Shown here: piece after piece, positions 54,868 to 64,000 of the stretch | How positions within the stretch are numbered: the stretch's first letter is position 1 | Layout: each line of letters begins with the position of its first letter | Origin: a virus | Taxonomy: Duplodnaviria; Heunggongvirae; Uroviricota; Caudoviricetes | Strand: one strand, 5' to 3' | IMG/VR virus record: IMGVR_UViG_2541047712_000002 | Length of the DNA: 64,000 nt | Notes under the pieces: model-generated | Seen by the model: only the letters and a program-made list of their open reading frames with translations | Databases searched by the model: none | What the model was told of the DNA's origin: nothing | Position numbers and translations under genes: made by a program

Positions 54868-55096
54868 AGCAAAGTCGTTATGGGAGCTTTCGAGACTTTG
54901 CCATCACGATGAAAAGACTTGAACGAGGCCAGACGGTGATGTTTCACAAGCCCTACCCGCCACAAGGAAATCCCGTAGCGTTTTATCTTGGAAGGTTAAC
55001 AAGAAAAGGCGTATTGAGGCGCAGATCCTTCCCGGCGCATACGGAGTTCAGATTGAAAGAAGGCCAAAAGCTAACACGCGGTATCAGAGGTGTTAT

Positions 55097-57013
55097 ATGA
55101 AGTTTTTAAAGCTCCAGGTTGAGAATTTTATGGCTATCGCCAGCGCGGAGGTCGAGTTAGATCAGCGTGGTTTAGTGCTTATTCAGGGTGTTAATAGTGA
55201 TGATAGTTCCGCATCAAGTAATGGCTCTGGAAAGTCAACTCTAATGAATAGCCTGATGTGGTGTCTTTATGGCGAAACAGCTCATGGTGTGAAGGGTGAC
55301 GATGTGTTGTCTACCGACCATGAAAAGAACTGTCGTGTTGCAGTAACCATCGAGGATGAAGGCAAGAGATACGCAATCATTCGTCACCGTAAACACAAAG
55401 AGTTCAAAAATCGTCTTATCGTTCGTGGTGAAGATGGCGATATGACGAAAGGCAAAGATGCGCTGACGCAGGAGTTCGTCGAGCGTCTGATCGGTGCATC
55501 TAAAGAGGTTTTCATGGCTTCCATCTATGCGAGCCAAGAAGCTATGCCAGATTTACCTGGAATGTCCGACAAAAACCTCAAAACCATCGTAGAAGAAGCC
55601 GCTGGCGTTGACAGACTGACACGCGCCTACGCTATTGCTCGTGAGCGAGCTAATGCAGCTGCCGCACGTATGGATGTGGTTAAAACCAAATTGGAGTCGA
55701 CAATCTCGACCATTGAGGCAACACAGTCAGAAATTGAGTCAGCGAAAGCCTCCTCTGAATCATGGGAGCAAGAGCGTTCTAAACGTTATGACGATGCCCT
55801 GGCTGGGCTGGCCAGTGCCGAAGTTGAGTTAACGGAAGTTGAACTTGAGATCCGCACTCTTCCCGAACAGATACGTGATACCGAGAAGGCAATCGAAAGT
55901 GAGCGCAAAAAGTTAGCCTCAAAAGAAGAACATGACGCCAAGTTGCTCAAAGTTCGTGGTGCGATAACTGATATTCGGGCAAGCATCAAAGCTACAGAAA
56001 ATAGTCAGGCTGATGCAATGAACCGCGCGCGTAATTTTAAGACCAAAGCAGAAGAGGTTGGTACTAAAGTGGGATCACCATGCCCTACTTGTGGCAAAGC
56101 CTACTGCGAAGAAGATCTATCAACGGTGAAGGAGAGTTTCATTGAACAAGCACGTCAGGAAATTGGTCAGGCGAAGACACTTGCAGAGGCAATGGCTAAA
56201 CACAAAACGAATCTTGAGAAAGCGTTAAGCATTGAGTCTGCCCTTGTTAAAACGACACCTGATGTAACGGCTATCATTGCCCGGATTGAAGAGCTTACGA
56301 AACAACTCTCATCTTTGCGTCATCGTGAGAAGGAGGTTGTTGCTATTGAGTCTCTTGTGACTCGTGCTCGTACTGAGGTCGATCGTATATCAAAAGAGAT
56401 TAATCCGTTTATTGCTCTTATCGCCAGACACGAAGATAACTTGGTATCCAGTAAGTCTACCTTCAAGTCCTTAAAAGATGAGTTGAAGGCTATTCAGGAA
56501 CAAACGTTGCTATTGGAAAAAGCTCGTCAGGTCTACTCTCCTGCCGGGGTGCGTTCTCATATTTTGACGTCTGTTACGCCTTTCCTGAATACACGCACTG
56601 CCGAGTATCTCAATACGTTGTCTGACGGGAATATTACTGCTGAGTGGTCGACGATGGATGTCACTAAAAAAGGTGAGTATCGCGACAAATTCAACATTAG
56701 TGTGCAGAAGAAAGGTTCAAGTAAGTCGTTCCAGACCCTCTCTGGTGGTGAGAAGCGGAAGGTTCGCATTGCGTGTTCTTTGGCATTGCAGGATCTGGTT
56801 AGTAACCGGGCGAGTAAAAACATCGATTTGTTTATCGGCGACGAAATTGACGATGCACTCGATACAGCCGGTCTTGAACGCCTCATGGGTATTCTGGAGT
56901 CCAAAGCTCGCGAGCGAGGTACTGTGCTGATTATCTCCCATAAAGAGATGAAGTCATGGTTCCGGGAAACTATTACGCTGGAAGTTAAAGAGGGGCGCAG
57001 CTATGTCGTTTAA
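55097..57013 (+). CDS. SbcC/Rad50-like ATPase
   Basis: N-terminal Walker A (NGSGKSTL), central coiled coil with zinc hook CPTCG, C-terminal signature LSGGEKRKV and Walker B LFIGDEIDDALD. Confidence 0.7.
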   Translation: MKFLKLQVENFMAIASAEVELDQRGLVLIQGVNSDDSSASSNGSGKSTLMNSLMWCLYGETAHGVKGDDVLSTDHEKNCRVAVTIEDEGKRYAIIRHRKHKEFKNRLIVRGEDGDMTKGKDALTQEFVERLIGASKEVFMASIYASQEAMPDLPGMSDKNLKTIVEEAAGVDRLTRAYAIARERANAAAARMDVVKTKLESTISTIEATQSEIESAKASSESWEQERSKRYDDALAGLASAEVELTEVELEIRTLPEQIRDTEKAIESERKKLASKEEHDAKLLKVRGAITDIRASIKATENSQADAMNRARNFKTKAEEVGTKVGSPCPTCGKAYCEEDLSTVKESFIEQARQEIGQAKTLAEAMAKHKTNLEKALSIESALVKTTPDVTAIIARIEELTKQLSSLRHREKEVVAIESLVTRARTEVDRISKEINPFIALIARHEDNLVSSKSTFKSLKDELKAIQEQTLLLEKARQVYSPAGVRSHILTSVTPFLNTRTAEYLNTLSDGNITAEWSTMDVTKKGEYRDKFNISVQKKGSSKSFQTLSGGEKRKVRIACSLALQDLVSNRASKNIDLFIGDEIDDALDTAGLERLMGILESKARERGTVLIISHKEMKSWFRETITLEVKEGRSYVV

Positions 57014-57746
57014 ATTAAGCCGCTCGCAGTTTTTGCAGGTATTTGCAGTGATGCAGTCGATAAAACTGATCAATGGGCATACTTCCAATGGTGCGGCTCC
57101 ACGTATTCTGTGGGGCAGCAACAATATTGACGGAGTACAATTCGCCGCGTTGCTTGGTCTAATATCCGAGACGCCATTGATGCAAAGTTTGAAATCACTA
57201 CCACCTGGATGTATTGCGCCGATCCTGATTAATCCTTTTGTTGAGGGGGGATATCTTCCCAACGTCGGGCCTGGGTTTATTGCATCCCATGAAACTGAAG
57301 ATCTTAACATTAATAGCGAAGGGTTCTTTGGGGGAATGGGTGCGCATCACTGTATGGCTTTCACGAACCTTATTCGACTTGCCAATAAGCGGGTGGATAG
57401 TTTGGCATCGCCAGGTGATGCTTTTACTGGTTTCCTTATCCAAAGGAGGGATAAAAAGTACAGTGCGGACAAACTACAGTTTGTTGGTAAGTATGGAGAA
57501 ATGGTAGAAATCGAACTTCAGCTCCCTCATGTTTTAGCAAACGATAGTGCAGACAGTCGGAGGCTATTGGGCATCATGCGTCATTTCATAGCAAGTGGTG
57601 TTAAACATGCCGCAGATAAACGTGTCACGCAGGAAAATGAGTATTCAGACTTTGCAAACTATCCCCAACCAACGTTGCAAACGGCAATAGTAGCCAATTC
57701 GTTGGAGGCGAGATTATTGGAAAACCCTATATGGGGAACATGGTAA
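57003..57746 (+). CDS. hypothetical protein
   Basis: 247-aa ORF overlapping the end of the Rad50-like gene. Confidence 0.35.
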   Translation: MSFKLSRSQFLQVFAVMQSIKLINGHTSNGAAPRILWGSNNIDGVQFAALLGLISETPLMQSLKSLPPGCIAPILINPFVEGGYLPNVGPGFIASHETEDLNINSEGFFGGMGAHHCMAFTNLIRLANKRVDSLASPGDAFTGFLIQRRDKKYSADKLQFVGKYGEMVEIELQLPHVLANDSADSRRLLGIMRHFIASGVKHAADKRVTQENEYSDFANYPQPTLQTAIVANSLEARLLENPIWGTW

Positions 57747-57755
57747 GGAGACTAT

Positions 57756-58325
57756 ATGAGTAAAAAAATCAGCGTAGTTGGTGTTGATCCCTCAATGAGC
57801 AACTTTGGGCTTGCTGTGGGCACTTTAGACCTTGAGACGGACGAACTTGAGATTCACGGCCTTACTCTTGTTGAGACTAAAGCGGGGAGTAACAAAAAGA
57901 CCGTTCGTGTGAACAGTGACGATCTGCGCCGCGCCAGTGAAATATGGCGTGTTGCGAAGCCAATCATTGATAAGGCAAATATGGTTTTTTGTGAGCTACC
58001 GGTTGGGAGCCAAAACTCTCGTTCGCAGACGTCTTACGGTATTTGTATCGGTGTACTTGCGTGTGTGGATAAGCCATTGATCCAGGTTACTCCAAACGAA
58101 ATCAAGCATTTTGTCGGCAATAAACTTACTACATCGAAAGAAGAGATTATCCAGTGGGCTACGAAAAAACACCCTAAAGCACCGTGGCTGCGTCGTAAGC
58201 AATCTGGACAGGATGTTCTCGTGAACAAAAACGAACATTTGGCTGATGCGGTGGCTGCCATCCATACCGGTATGCAAACAGATCAGTTCCGCCAGGTGCG
58301 CGATGTTCTTAAGTCTCTCATTTGA
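57756..58325 (+). CDS. RuvC-like Holliday junction resolvase (putative)
   Basis: 189-aa ORF; N-terminal ISVVGVDPSMSNFGLAV resembles the first catalytic Asp motif of RuvC-fold nucleases. Confidence 0.4.
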   Translation: MSKKISVVGVDPSMSNFGLAVGTLDLETDELEIHGLTLVETKAGSNKKTVRVNSDDLRRASEIWRVAKPIIDKANMVFCELPVGSQNSRSQTSYGICIGVLACVDKPLIQVTPNEIKHFVGNKLTTSKEEIIQWATKKHPKAPWLRRKQSGQDVLVNKNEHLADAVAAIHTGMQTDQFRQVRDVLKSLI

Positions 58326-58398
58326 TTTCATTGATAGGTAAGTGCTTATCTATTAACATGGGCCACTATATTTAGTGGCCCTCTTTATTTGGTGATAC

Positions 58399-60714
58399 AT
58401 GATAAGCATCGTAAAACGTAACGGCCAAACAGAGCCGTTATCCGAAGAAAAATACAACCGCGTCGTAATGTATGGCGTAGAAGGCATTCGTGGTGTAAGC
58501 GCATCCGCTGTAGCAATGGGAGCTGCGGCCAGCATTTTTGATGGGATTACCACCAGCCAGTTGCATGAGGCTTTGGTTAAATCTGCCGCTGATTTGATCT
58601 CACCAGAAGCACCAAATTACTCACAGGTGGCTGCCCGCCTGAACATTTTTAAAATCCGCAAAGATGCCTTCGGTCGTTACGACTATCCGAACTTCTACCA
58701 ACACATTGTCAAGAACGTTAACAAGGGCGTTTATGACAAGGATTTGCTGACACATTATTCGTTTGAAGAGATCGAAGAACTCGGCAATTACATTAAGCCG
58801 AAACGTGACGATCTTTTTGGCTATGCAGCTACGGTGCAGTTGCAAAGCAAATACCTCGTTCAAAACCGTGTTACTGGTGAGATTCATGAGGGGCCGCAAC
58901 ATATCTATATGCTGGTAGGCATGTGTCTGTTCCAGAATTGGGAAGACGACTGCGCTGGCAAAACACGTATGGAGATGGTCAAAGGTTTCTATGACGTTAC
59001 AAGTACGTTCAAACTGTCTCTGCCCACACCAATCATGGCCGGCGTCCGTACTCCAACCCGTCAGTTCTCCAGTTGTGTGCTGATTGAGTCTGGCGATAGT
59101 CTGAAAGGGATTAGTGCAGCTTCAGCCGCAATTATCGACTACGTTTCACGTCGTGCTGGAATTGGTATTGGTTTTGGCCGTATCCGTGCGCTGGGCAGCG
59201 AGATCCGCAATGGTGAAGCCACCCATACTGGAGTTATTCCATTCCTGAAGCATTTCCAGACGGCTGTTAAATCTTGTTCGCAAGGTGGTGTTCGTGGTGG
59301 CGCAGCAACAGCGTTTTACCCGATCTGGCATCTTGAAGTTGAAAGTCTGCTGGTGGTGAAAAATAACCGTGGTATTGATGAAAACCGCGTTCGCCATCTT
59401 GATTACGGCGTCATGAGTAACCGTCTAATGTACCGTCGACTCGTCAGAAGCGAGAACATCACTCTGTTCAGCCCGCATGATGTGCCTGATATGTACGAAG
59501 CCTTCTTCACAGACCAGGATCTGTTTGAAAAGCTGTACCATAAATACGAAGCCGATGATTCAATTCGCAAGAAGTCAGTACCTGCCATTGAGCTGTTCTC
59601 ATCTCTGATGCAGGAACGAGCGTCCACGGGCCGAATTTATATTGCGAACGTCGATCATATTAACGAGCATGGCGCTTTCATTCCTGCTCTTGCACCTGTT
59701 CGCCAGTCAAACCTGTGCATGGAGATCACTCTACCCACCCGTCCACTGGCATTTACCGACGACCCGAACGGTGAGATCGCGCTATGCACTTTATCCGCTT
59801 TTAACCTCGGAGCCATCCGTTCACTGGAGTCTCTTAAAGAGGTGGCGTTCTATGCCGTTGCTGCACTGGATTCGTTACTGGATTATCAAGACTATCCGAT
59901 GGAGGCAGCCGAAGTGCCTGCCAAAGCTCGTCGTAGCCTGGGAATTGGTGTAACCAACTTTGCTTATTACCTGGCAAAGAATGGCGTTCGTTATTCTGAT
60001 ACCGCTGGCAATAAACTGGTGCATGAAACGTTCGAAGCTATCCAGTATTACCTTCTTGACGCCAGCTGCCGACTTGCTGAAGCAAAAGGTGAGTGTGACT
60101 GGTTTGAGCAGACCAAATACGCAATTGGTCAGTTGCCGATCGACCATTACCGTTCTTCATTAGACGAAAGCGGCGAAACCAACTTTGAGTTAAAGATGCC
60201 GTGGGAAGAACTGCGTGAACGTATTGCAAAATACGGCCTTCGCAACTCCACTCTGACGGCACAAATGCCATGCGAGACTTCCAGCCAGATCACTAATTCC
60301 ACCAACGGCATCGAACCGCCTCGTGGCCCGGTGTCGGTGAAATCTTCTAAGGACGGCATCGTTAAGATGGTCGTGCCTGAGTTTGAAAAACTGAAGGAAC
60401 AGTATGAATACCTGTGGGATATGCCGGACAACCGCGGCTATCTGACAAAGGTGGCGATCATCCAGAAGTTCTTTGACCAGGCTATTTCAGCTAATACCAA
60501 CTATGACCCTTCTCGCTTTGAAGGCGATAAAGTCCCAATGATGACGCTACTGTCAGATTTGCTTCTCGCCTACAAGATGGGAGTTAAAACGCTTTACTAC
60601 CACAACACCAGAGATGGTGCAGGAAAGCGTGATGACGACGAAGCGCAGAATCCACTTACGCAAGCTGTAGCCGTCGAGCCAGAAGATGAGTGCGACGGAG
60701 CCTGCAAAATCTGA
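58399..60714 (+). CDS. nrdA: ribonucleoside-diphosphate reductase alpha subunit (class Ia)
   Basis: 771-aa ORF; N-terminal ATP-cone, active-site SNLCMEI, C-terminal Cys pair (CDGACKI). Confidence 0.8.
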   Translation: MISIVKRNGQTEPLSEEKYNRVVMYGVEGIRGVSASAVAMGAAASIFDGITTSQLHEALVKSAADLISPEAPNYSQVAARLNIFKIRKDAFGRYDYPNFYQHIVKNVNKGVYDKDLLTHYSFEEIEELGNYIKPKRDDLFGYAATVQLQSKYLVQNRVTGEIHEGPQHIYMLVGMCLFQNWEDDCAGKTRMEMVKGFYDVTSTFKLSLPTPIMAGVRTPTRQFSSCVLIESGDSLKGISAASAAIIDYVSRRAGIGIGFGRIRALGSEIRNGEATHTGVIPFLKHFQTAVKSCSQGGVRGGAATAFYPIWHLEVESLLVVKNNRGIDENRVRHLDYGVMSNRLMYRRLVRSENITLFSPHDVPDMYEAFFTDQDLFEKLYHKYEADDSIRKKSVPAIELFSSLMQERASTGRIYIANVDHINEHGAFIPALAPVRQSNLCMEITLPTRPLAFTDDPNGEIALCTLSAFNLGAIRSLESLKEVAFYAVAALDSLLDYQDYPMEAAEVPAKARRSLGIGVTNFAYYLAKNGVRYSDTAGNKLVHETFEAIQYYLLDASCRLAEAKGECDWFEQTKYAIGQLPIDHYRSSLDESGETNFELKMPWEELRERIAKYGLRNSTLTAQMPCETSSQITNSTNGIEPPRGPVSVKSSKDGIVKMVVPEFEKLKEQYEYLWDMPDNRGYLTKVAIIQKFFDQAISANTNYDPSRFEGDKVPMMTLLSDLLLAYKMGVKTLYYHNTRDGAGKRDDDEAQNPLTQAVAVEPEDECDGACKI

Positions 60715-60814
60715 CATATGGTGGGGTATATCCCCACCTTATCTTTGATTTGTAAGCCTTGTTTAAACACATAAGATAACAACTTGTTTAAACACATCAA
60801 AAAAGGAAAAACAC

Positions 60815-61957
60815 ATGTCATATTCAACGTTCCGTTTGGGTGCTAATGATGCAACCAAAGAGCCTATGTTCCTCGGACAATCTGTCAACGTGGCTCGTTA
60901 CGATCAACAAAAATACCGTGATTTTGAAAAGTTGATTGAACGTCAATTGTCTTTCTTCTGGCGGCCGGAAGAAGTTGATATTTCGAGCGATCGCATCGAC
61001 TTCAATACGAAGCTGCGGGACCACGAACGCCACATTTTCCTGAGTAATCTCCGTTATCAAACGTTGCTCGATTCAGTTCAGGGACGTAGCCCAAACGCAA
61101 CTCTGCTGCCGCTTATCTCTATTCCTGAACTGGAAACGTGGGTTGAAACGTGGTCTTTCTCTGAGACTATCCATAGCCGCAGCTACACCCACATTATTCG
61201 TGGCATGGTGGACGATCCGAGTATTGTTTTTGACGGTATTGTTACGGATGAAGAAATCATCAACCGAGCCATCAGTATCTCTGCTGAATATGACAGGCTT
61301 TATGGGATGACCTGCGATCGCCAGTCGTTAGGCGAGAAGGAATTTGAGCGTCTGTACGTAAATGAATATGGCTGGGAGCCATATCCTTTGCACCGTCAGC
61401 TTTTCCGCACGTTAGTGTCCATTAATGCGCTTGAGGCGATCCGTTTCTATGTAAGTTTTGCATGTACGTTTGCCTTTGGCGAACGGAAGTTGCTTGAGGG
61501 TAACACCAAAATTATGCGCTTTATTGCCCGTGATGAAGCTCTGCATTGCGAAGGAACTGAACGCATGATCCGCTTCATGCGTACCGGTCGCGAAGGTTTA
61601 TTGTGGAAAGAGATTGCTGCTGATGAAGAAAACGTCATTTACGACACCATGAAATCAGTCGCCGAACAAGAAATGAACTGGGCAGACTATCTCTTCAAAG
61701 ACGGTTCGATGATTGGTTTAAACGCGGATACTCTGAAGACCTATGTAAAATACCGAACCAATCTGGCTATGAATCGTCTTGGCCTGAAGGCTTTATTTCC
61801 AGAAGTTACCACTGATCCGCTGGTCTGGATGAACAAGTGGTTGTTAACCGACACACTGCAAATTGCACCACAAGAGGCAGAGCAAAGCACATATCTGGTA
61901 GGTCAGATCGATTCTACCGTGGACAAGGCTTCTCTAAGCCAGTTTGCAGACCTGTAA
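60815..61957 (+). CDS. nrdB: ribonucleoside-diphosphate reductase beta subunit (class Ia)
   Basis: 380-aa ORF with di-iron ligand motifs ([23 protein letters not shown]). Confidence 0.8.
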   Translation: MSYSTFRLGANDATKEPMFLGQSVNVARYDQQKYRDFEKLIERQLSFFWRPEEVDISSDRIDFNTKLRDHERHIFLSNLRYQTLLDSVQGRSPNATLLPLISIPELETWVETWSFSETIHSRSYTHIIRGMVDDPSIVFDGIVTDEEIINRAISISAEYDRLYGMTCDRQSLGEKEFERLYVNEYGWEPYPLHRQLFRTLVSINALEAIRFYVSFACTFAFGERKLLEGNTKIMRFIARDEALHCEGTERMIRFMRTGREGLLWKEIAADEENVIYDTMKSVAEQEMNWADYLFKDGSMIGLNADTLKTYVKYRTNLAMNRLGLKALFPEVTTDPLVWMNKWLLTDTLQIAPQEAEQSTYLVGQIDSTVDKASLSQFADL

Positions 61958-62034
61958 ACCGATACAAAGCATTATGTGGCCTGGCAACGCTGGGCCACAA
62001 TGGATCACAAGAATTAAGAAGGAACAAAACTAGC

Positions 62035-62904
62035 ATGAACTTTACCAAACTGACTGACCACCTGAAACTTGCCACCGATCGACTCATTGGATTTAAGCCA
62101 GAACCATATGAGTTGCATGAAGGCCATGGTGTAGCCACTGAAAGTATTTACAAGATGGTCGATCAGTTTCATGAACTCTTCCAGCATCCGAGACGCGTTA
62201 TGCCGACACCAGAGCTGCTTCGTCTCCGTGCAAGCCTGATTCATGAAGAAGCTGTAGTGGAAGGTATTCCAGCCGCAATGAATGGGGATATTGAGCAACT
62301 GCTGGATGCAATGGCCGACTTTTTATACGTTGGTGTTGGTACGATGGTCTCCATCAAAGGTGGTATTTCTACCGGCATGACCTATTACACGCAGGAGCAG
62401 AGCATTGATCGCTTTATGCAGACAATTTTTGTGCCCGGTAACACTGTTTTCGATGATATGGCAATGCCATTTCAGGAAGCTCGTGAGGCGTCATGTATGC
62501 TCGAAGAGCTGGCAGATAAACTTGAGAAGAAGACTGTTAAGGATTCTGAGCTGATTCAGGAACTGCGCCGTGTAATGAACAAAATCTATGTGGCGTGCAT
62601 GATGACTTATCGACTGGCTGATTTCCTCGGTATCAATGTCGTCGAGCTGGTTGGCGAAATTCATCGGTCTAACATGACAAAATTATGGCCTGCTGATGTT
62701 GAGGAACGTCGCCAGGCTGTGGCCAACTGCAAATACGACTCTTCAGATCTGGGATTCCGCCATGCTGATGGCACCGATAAGATGATCGGTTTTCGAATTT
62801 CCGATGGAAAGATTCTGAAGTCTCCAACCTATAGTGATGTCGATTTATCCTCCTTTGTTGAGCAAGCTAAAGCCTCAGCAATGTACGGAATGATCAAAAA
62901 ATAA
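62035..62904 (+). CDS. hypothetical protein (nucleotide-metabolism context)
   Basis: probable start MNFTKLTDH with RBS (aaggaac); the track ORF 61837..62904 overlaps nrdB and is an upstream extension. Confidence 0.4.
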   Translation: MNFTKLTDHLKLATDRLIGFKPEPYELHEGHGVATESIYKMVDQFHELFQHPRRVMPTPELLRLRASLIHEEAVVEGIPAAMNGDIEQLLDAMADFLYVGVGTMVSIKGGISTGMTYYTQEQSIDRFMQTIFVPGNTVFDDMAMPFQEAREASCMLEELADKLEKKTVKDSELIQELRRVMNKIYVACMMTYRLADFLGINVVELVGEIHRSNMTKLWPADVEERRQAVANCKYDSSDLGFRHADGTDKMIGFRISDGKILKSPTYSDVDLSSFVEQAKASAMYGMIKK

Positions 62905-62962
62905 TTGTAGGTAGTTATCTATCTGTGTATATTTAACATGCGTAATAAAACTCTGGAATGAC

Positions 62963-62987
62963 TATTCGTTTTGGTGGCCTATGGCCA
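62963..62987 (+). terminator. rho-independent terminator
   Basis: TGGTGGCC-TAT-GGCCACCA followed by TTTTTTT. Confidence 0.6.
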
Positions 62988-63074
62988 CCATTTTTTTATC
63001 TGTCTGGTCTTGTTCTCTCAATGAATGTAAACTCACACGATGAATAAGTAATTACTTATCTTTGTGAGGTTTTT

Positions 63075-64000
63075 GTGTCACTCCTTTTGAATCGAGAGCA
63101 TACGAACGGTCAGGTAACAAACGCATCGTATGCAAAAGTTATTGAGACGGTGCTTAAAAGCGGCGTGCAGGCTGATGATCGCACAGGCACTGGCACTTTA
63201 AGCACCTGCTACGTTCCCTCTTACTACATGCTTACTGGTGGGACTGTGCCGCTTATTTCTGGAAAGGCGGTAAATCTTAAGCCACTACTTGTCGAACTTG
63301 AGTGGTATCTGAAAGGCACGGGCAACATCCAATTTCTCAAGGATAACGGCGTTAAGATTTGGGATGCATGGGCCGATGAGAATGGCGATTTGGGGCCGGT
63401 TTACGGTAAGCAGTGGCGTCGATGGGAAGATACCCGCATCGTGAGCCATAGTGAATATCTGAGCAAGATCGCTACTTTCCGTGAACGCGGGTACAAAGTC
63501 GAGGGATACCTGGGTATCAGTGAAGATCGCGTAGTGCTGTCCCGTGAAATCGATCAGCTACAGCGTATTGTCGATACACTGCGCACGAACCCTACCGATC
63601 GTCGCATCATGCTTAACGCATGGAACGTAGGCGAGCTTGAGGATATGAAACTGCCACCTTGCCACTTTGTCTTCTCTTTGTGGAGTCGTGAGCTGGATTT
63701 TGAAACCCGTTTAACGATGGCAACTGACATTGGTCTTCAACACAGTCGCCTCGGTTACGAGTCTATCTACACCAAGATGCTATACGATCTGGAGATGGAC
63801 GGCAGTGTTACTGAAGCTGAACTGGATGAACTTGGAATCCCCAAACGCATCCTCAACTCCTGCCTCGTACAGCGTAGCGTAGACACTTTTGTTGGTATGC
63901 CATTCAATATTGCTGGCTATGGCATTCTCACTCATTTTCTCGCGAAGATTACGGGTCACATGGCCGGTGCATTTGTGCATTTTGGCTTTGACGTGCATTT
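63075..64000 (+). CDS. thyA: thymidylate synthase (ThyA), 3'-truncated by window end; GTG start
   Basis: GTG-initiated frame with motifs DRTGTGTLS, NGDLGPVYGKQWR, RRIMLNAWNVGELEDMKLPPCHF (catalytic Cys) and MPFNIAGY; ~50-aa insertion relative to the E. coli enzyme; continues past position 64000. Confidence 0.75.
   Translation, partial: MSLLLNREHTNGQVTNASYAKVIETVLKSGVQADDRTGTGTLSTCYVPSYYMLTGGTVPLISGKAVNLKPLLVELEWYLKGTGNIQFLKDNGVKIWDAWADENGDLGPVYGKQWRRWEDTRIVSHSEYLSKIATFRERGYKVEGYLGISEDRVVLSREIDQLQRIVDTLRTNPTDRRIMLNAWNVGELEDMKLPPCHFVFSLWSRELDFETRLTMATDIGLQHSRLGYESIYTKMLYDLEMDGSVTEAELDELGIPKRILNSCLVQRSVDTFVGMPFNIAGYGILTHFLAKITGHMAGAFVHFGFDVH

Noticed and set aside
61837-62904. 355-aa ORF as given in the track
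   Set aside because: Its first ~66 codons overlap the nrdB coding end in another frame; a Met with RBS at 62035 is the more plausible start, so the gene was called as 62035..62904.
63780-63998. 72-aa minus-strand ORF at the window end
   Set aside because: Antisense to the thymidylate synthase reading frame, which carries clear catalytic motifs.

Overview
This window reads as a densely coding, mostly plus-strand segment of a siphovirus-type phage-plasmid. My recollection that the gene content resembles the SSU5/pHCM2/pMT1 group is inference from memory and was not verified. Order of content: (1) a lambda-like tail-tip module (L, K, I, J-like) plus two repeat-containing tail fiber genes (15-9735); (2) a putative lysis cassette with overlapping spanin genes (10200-11630); (3) plasmid maintenance genes: a GNAT/DUF1778 toxin-antitoxin pair on the minus strand and a ParA-type partition locus (11663-13807); (4) an AT-rich two-gene membrane-protein module (13850-15026); (5) replication genes: DnaB-like helicase, primase, ATP-dependent ligase (15991-21309); (6) a tRNA cluster (Asn, Tyr, Ser, plus one tRNA-like gene with a ~60-nt insertion) flanked by structured non-coding DNA (22140-23512); (7) a low-GC accessory block with an orphan minus-strand membrane protein, a glutaredoxin, a complete chaperone-usher fimbrial operon, a P4-like tyrosine recombinase and an XRE-type repressor (23693-33013); (8) a vWA plus AAA+ ATPase pair, a DnaE-type polymerase, a cold-shock protein, a gp32-like SSB, a flap endonuclease and a RecA interrupted by a LAGLIDADG intein in its P-loop (33576-47856); (9) an iteron-type plasmid replicon with RepA, flanking iteron arrays, DnaA boxes and GATC clusters (50600-52800); (10) SbcD/SbcC-like nuclease, a RuvC-like resolvase, class Ia ribonucleotide reductase NrdA/NrdB and a 5'-partial thymidylate synthase (53782-64000). 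No CRISPR array or rRNA was seen. Beyond genes, a palindromic motif recurs in at least 14 intergenic regions and a near-invariant translation-initiation context recurs at about 8 genes. All calls rest on reading the translated ORFs and the DNA by eye; no database searches or computations were run, and coordinates of non-coding elements are approximate to a few bases.
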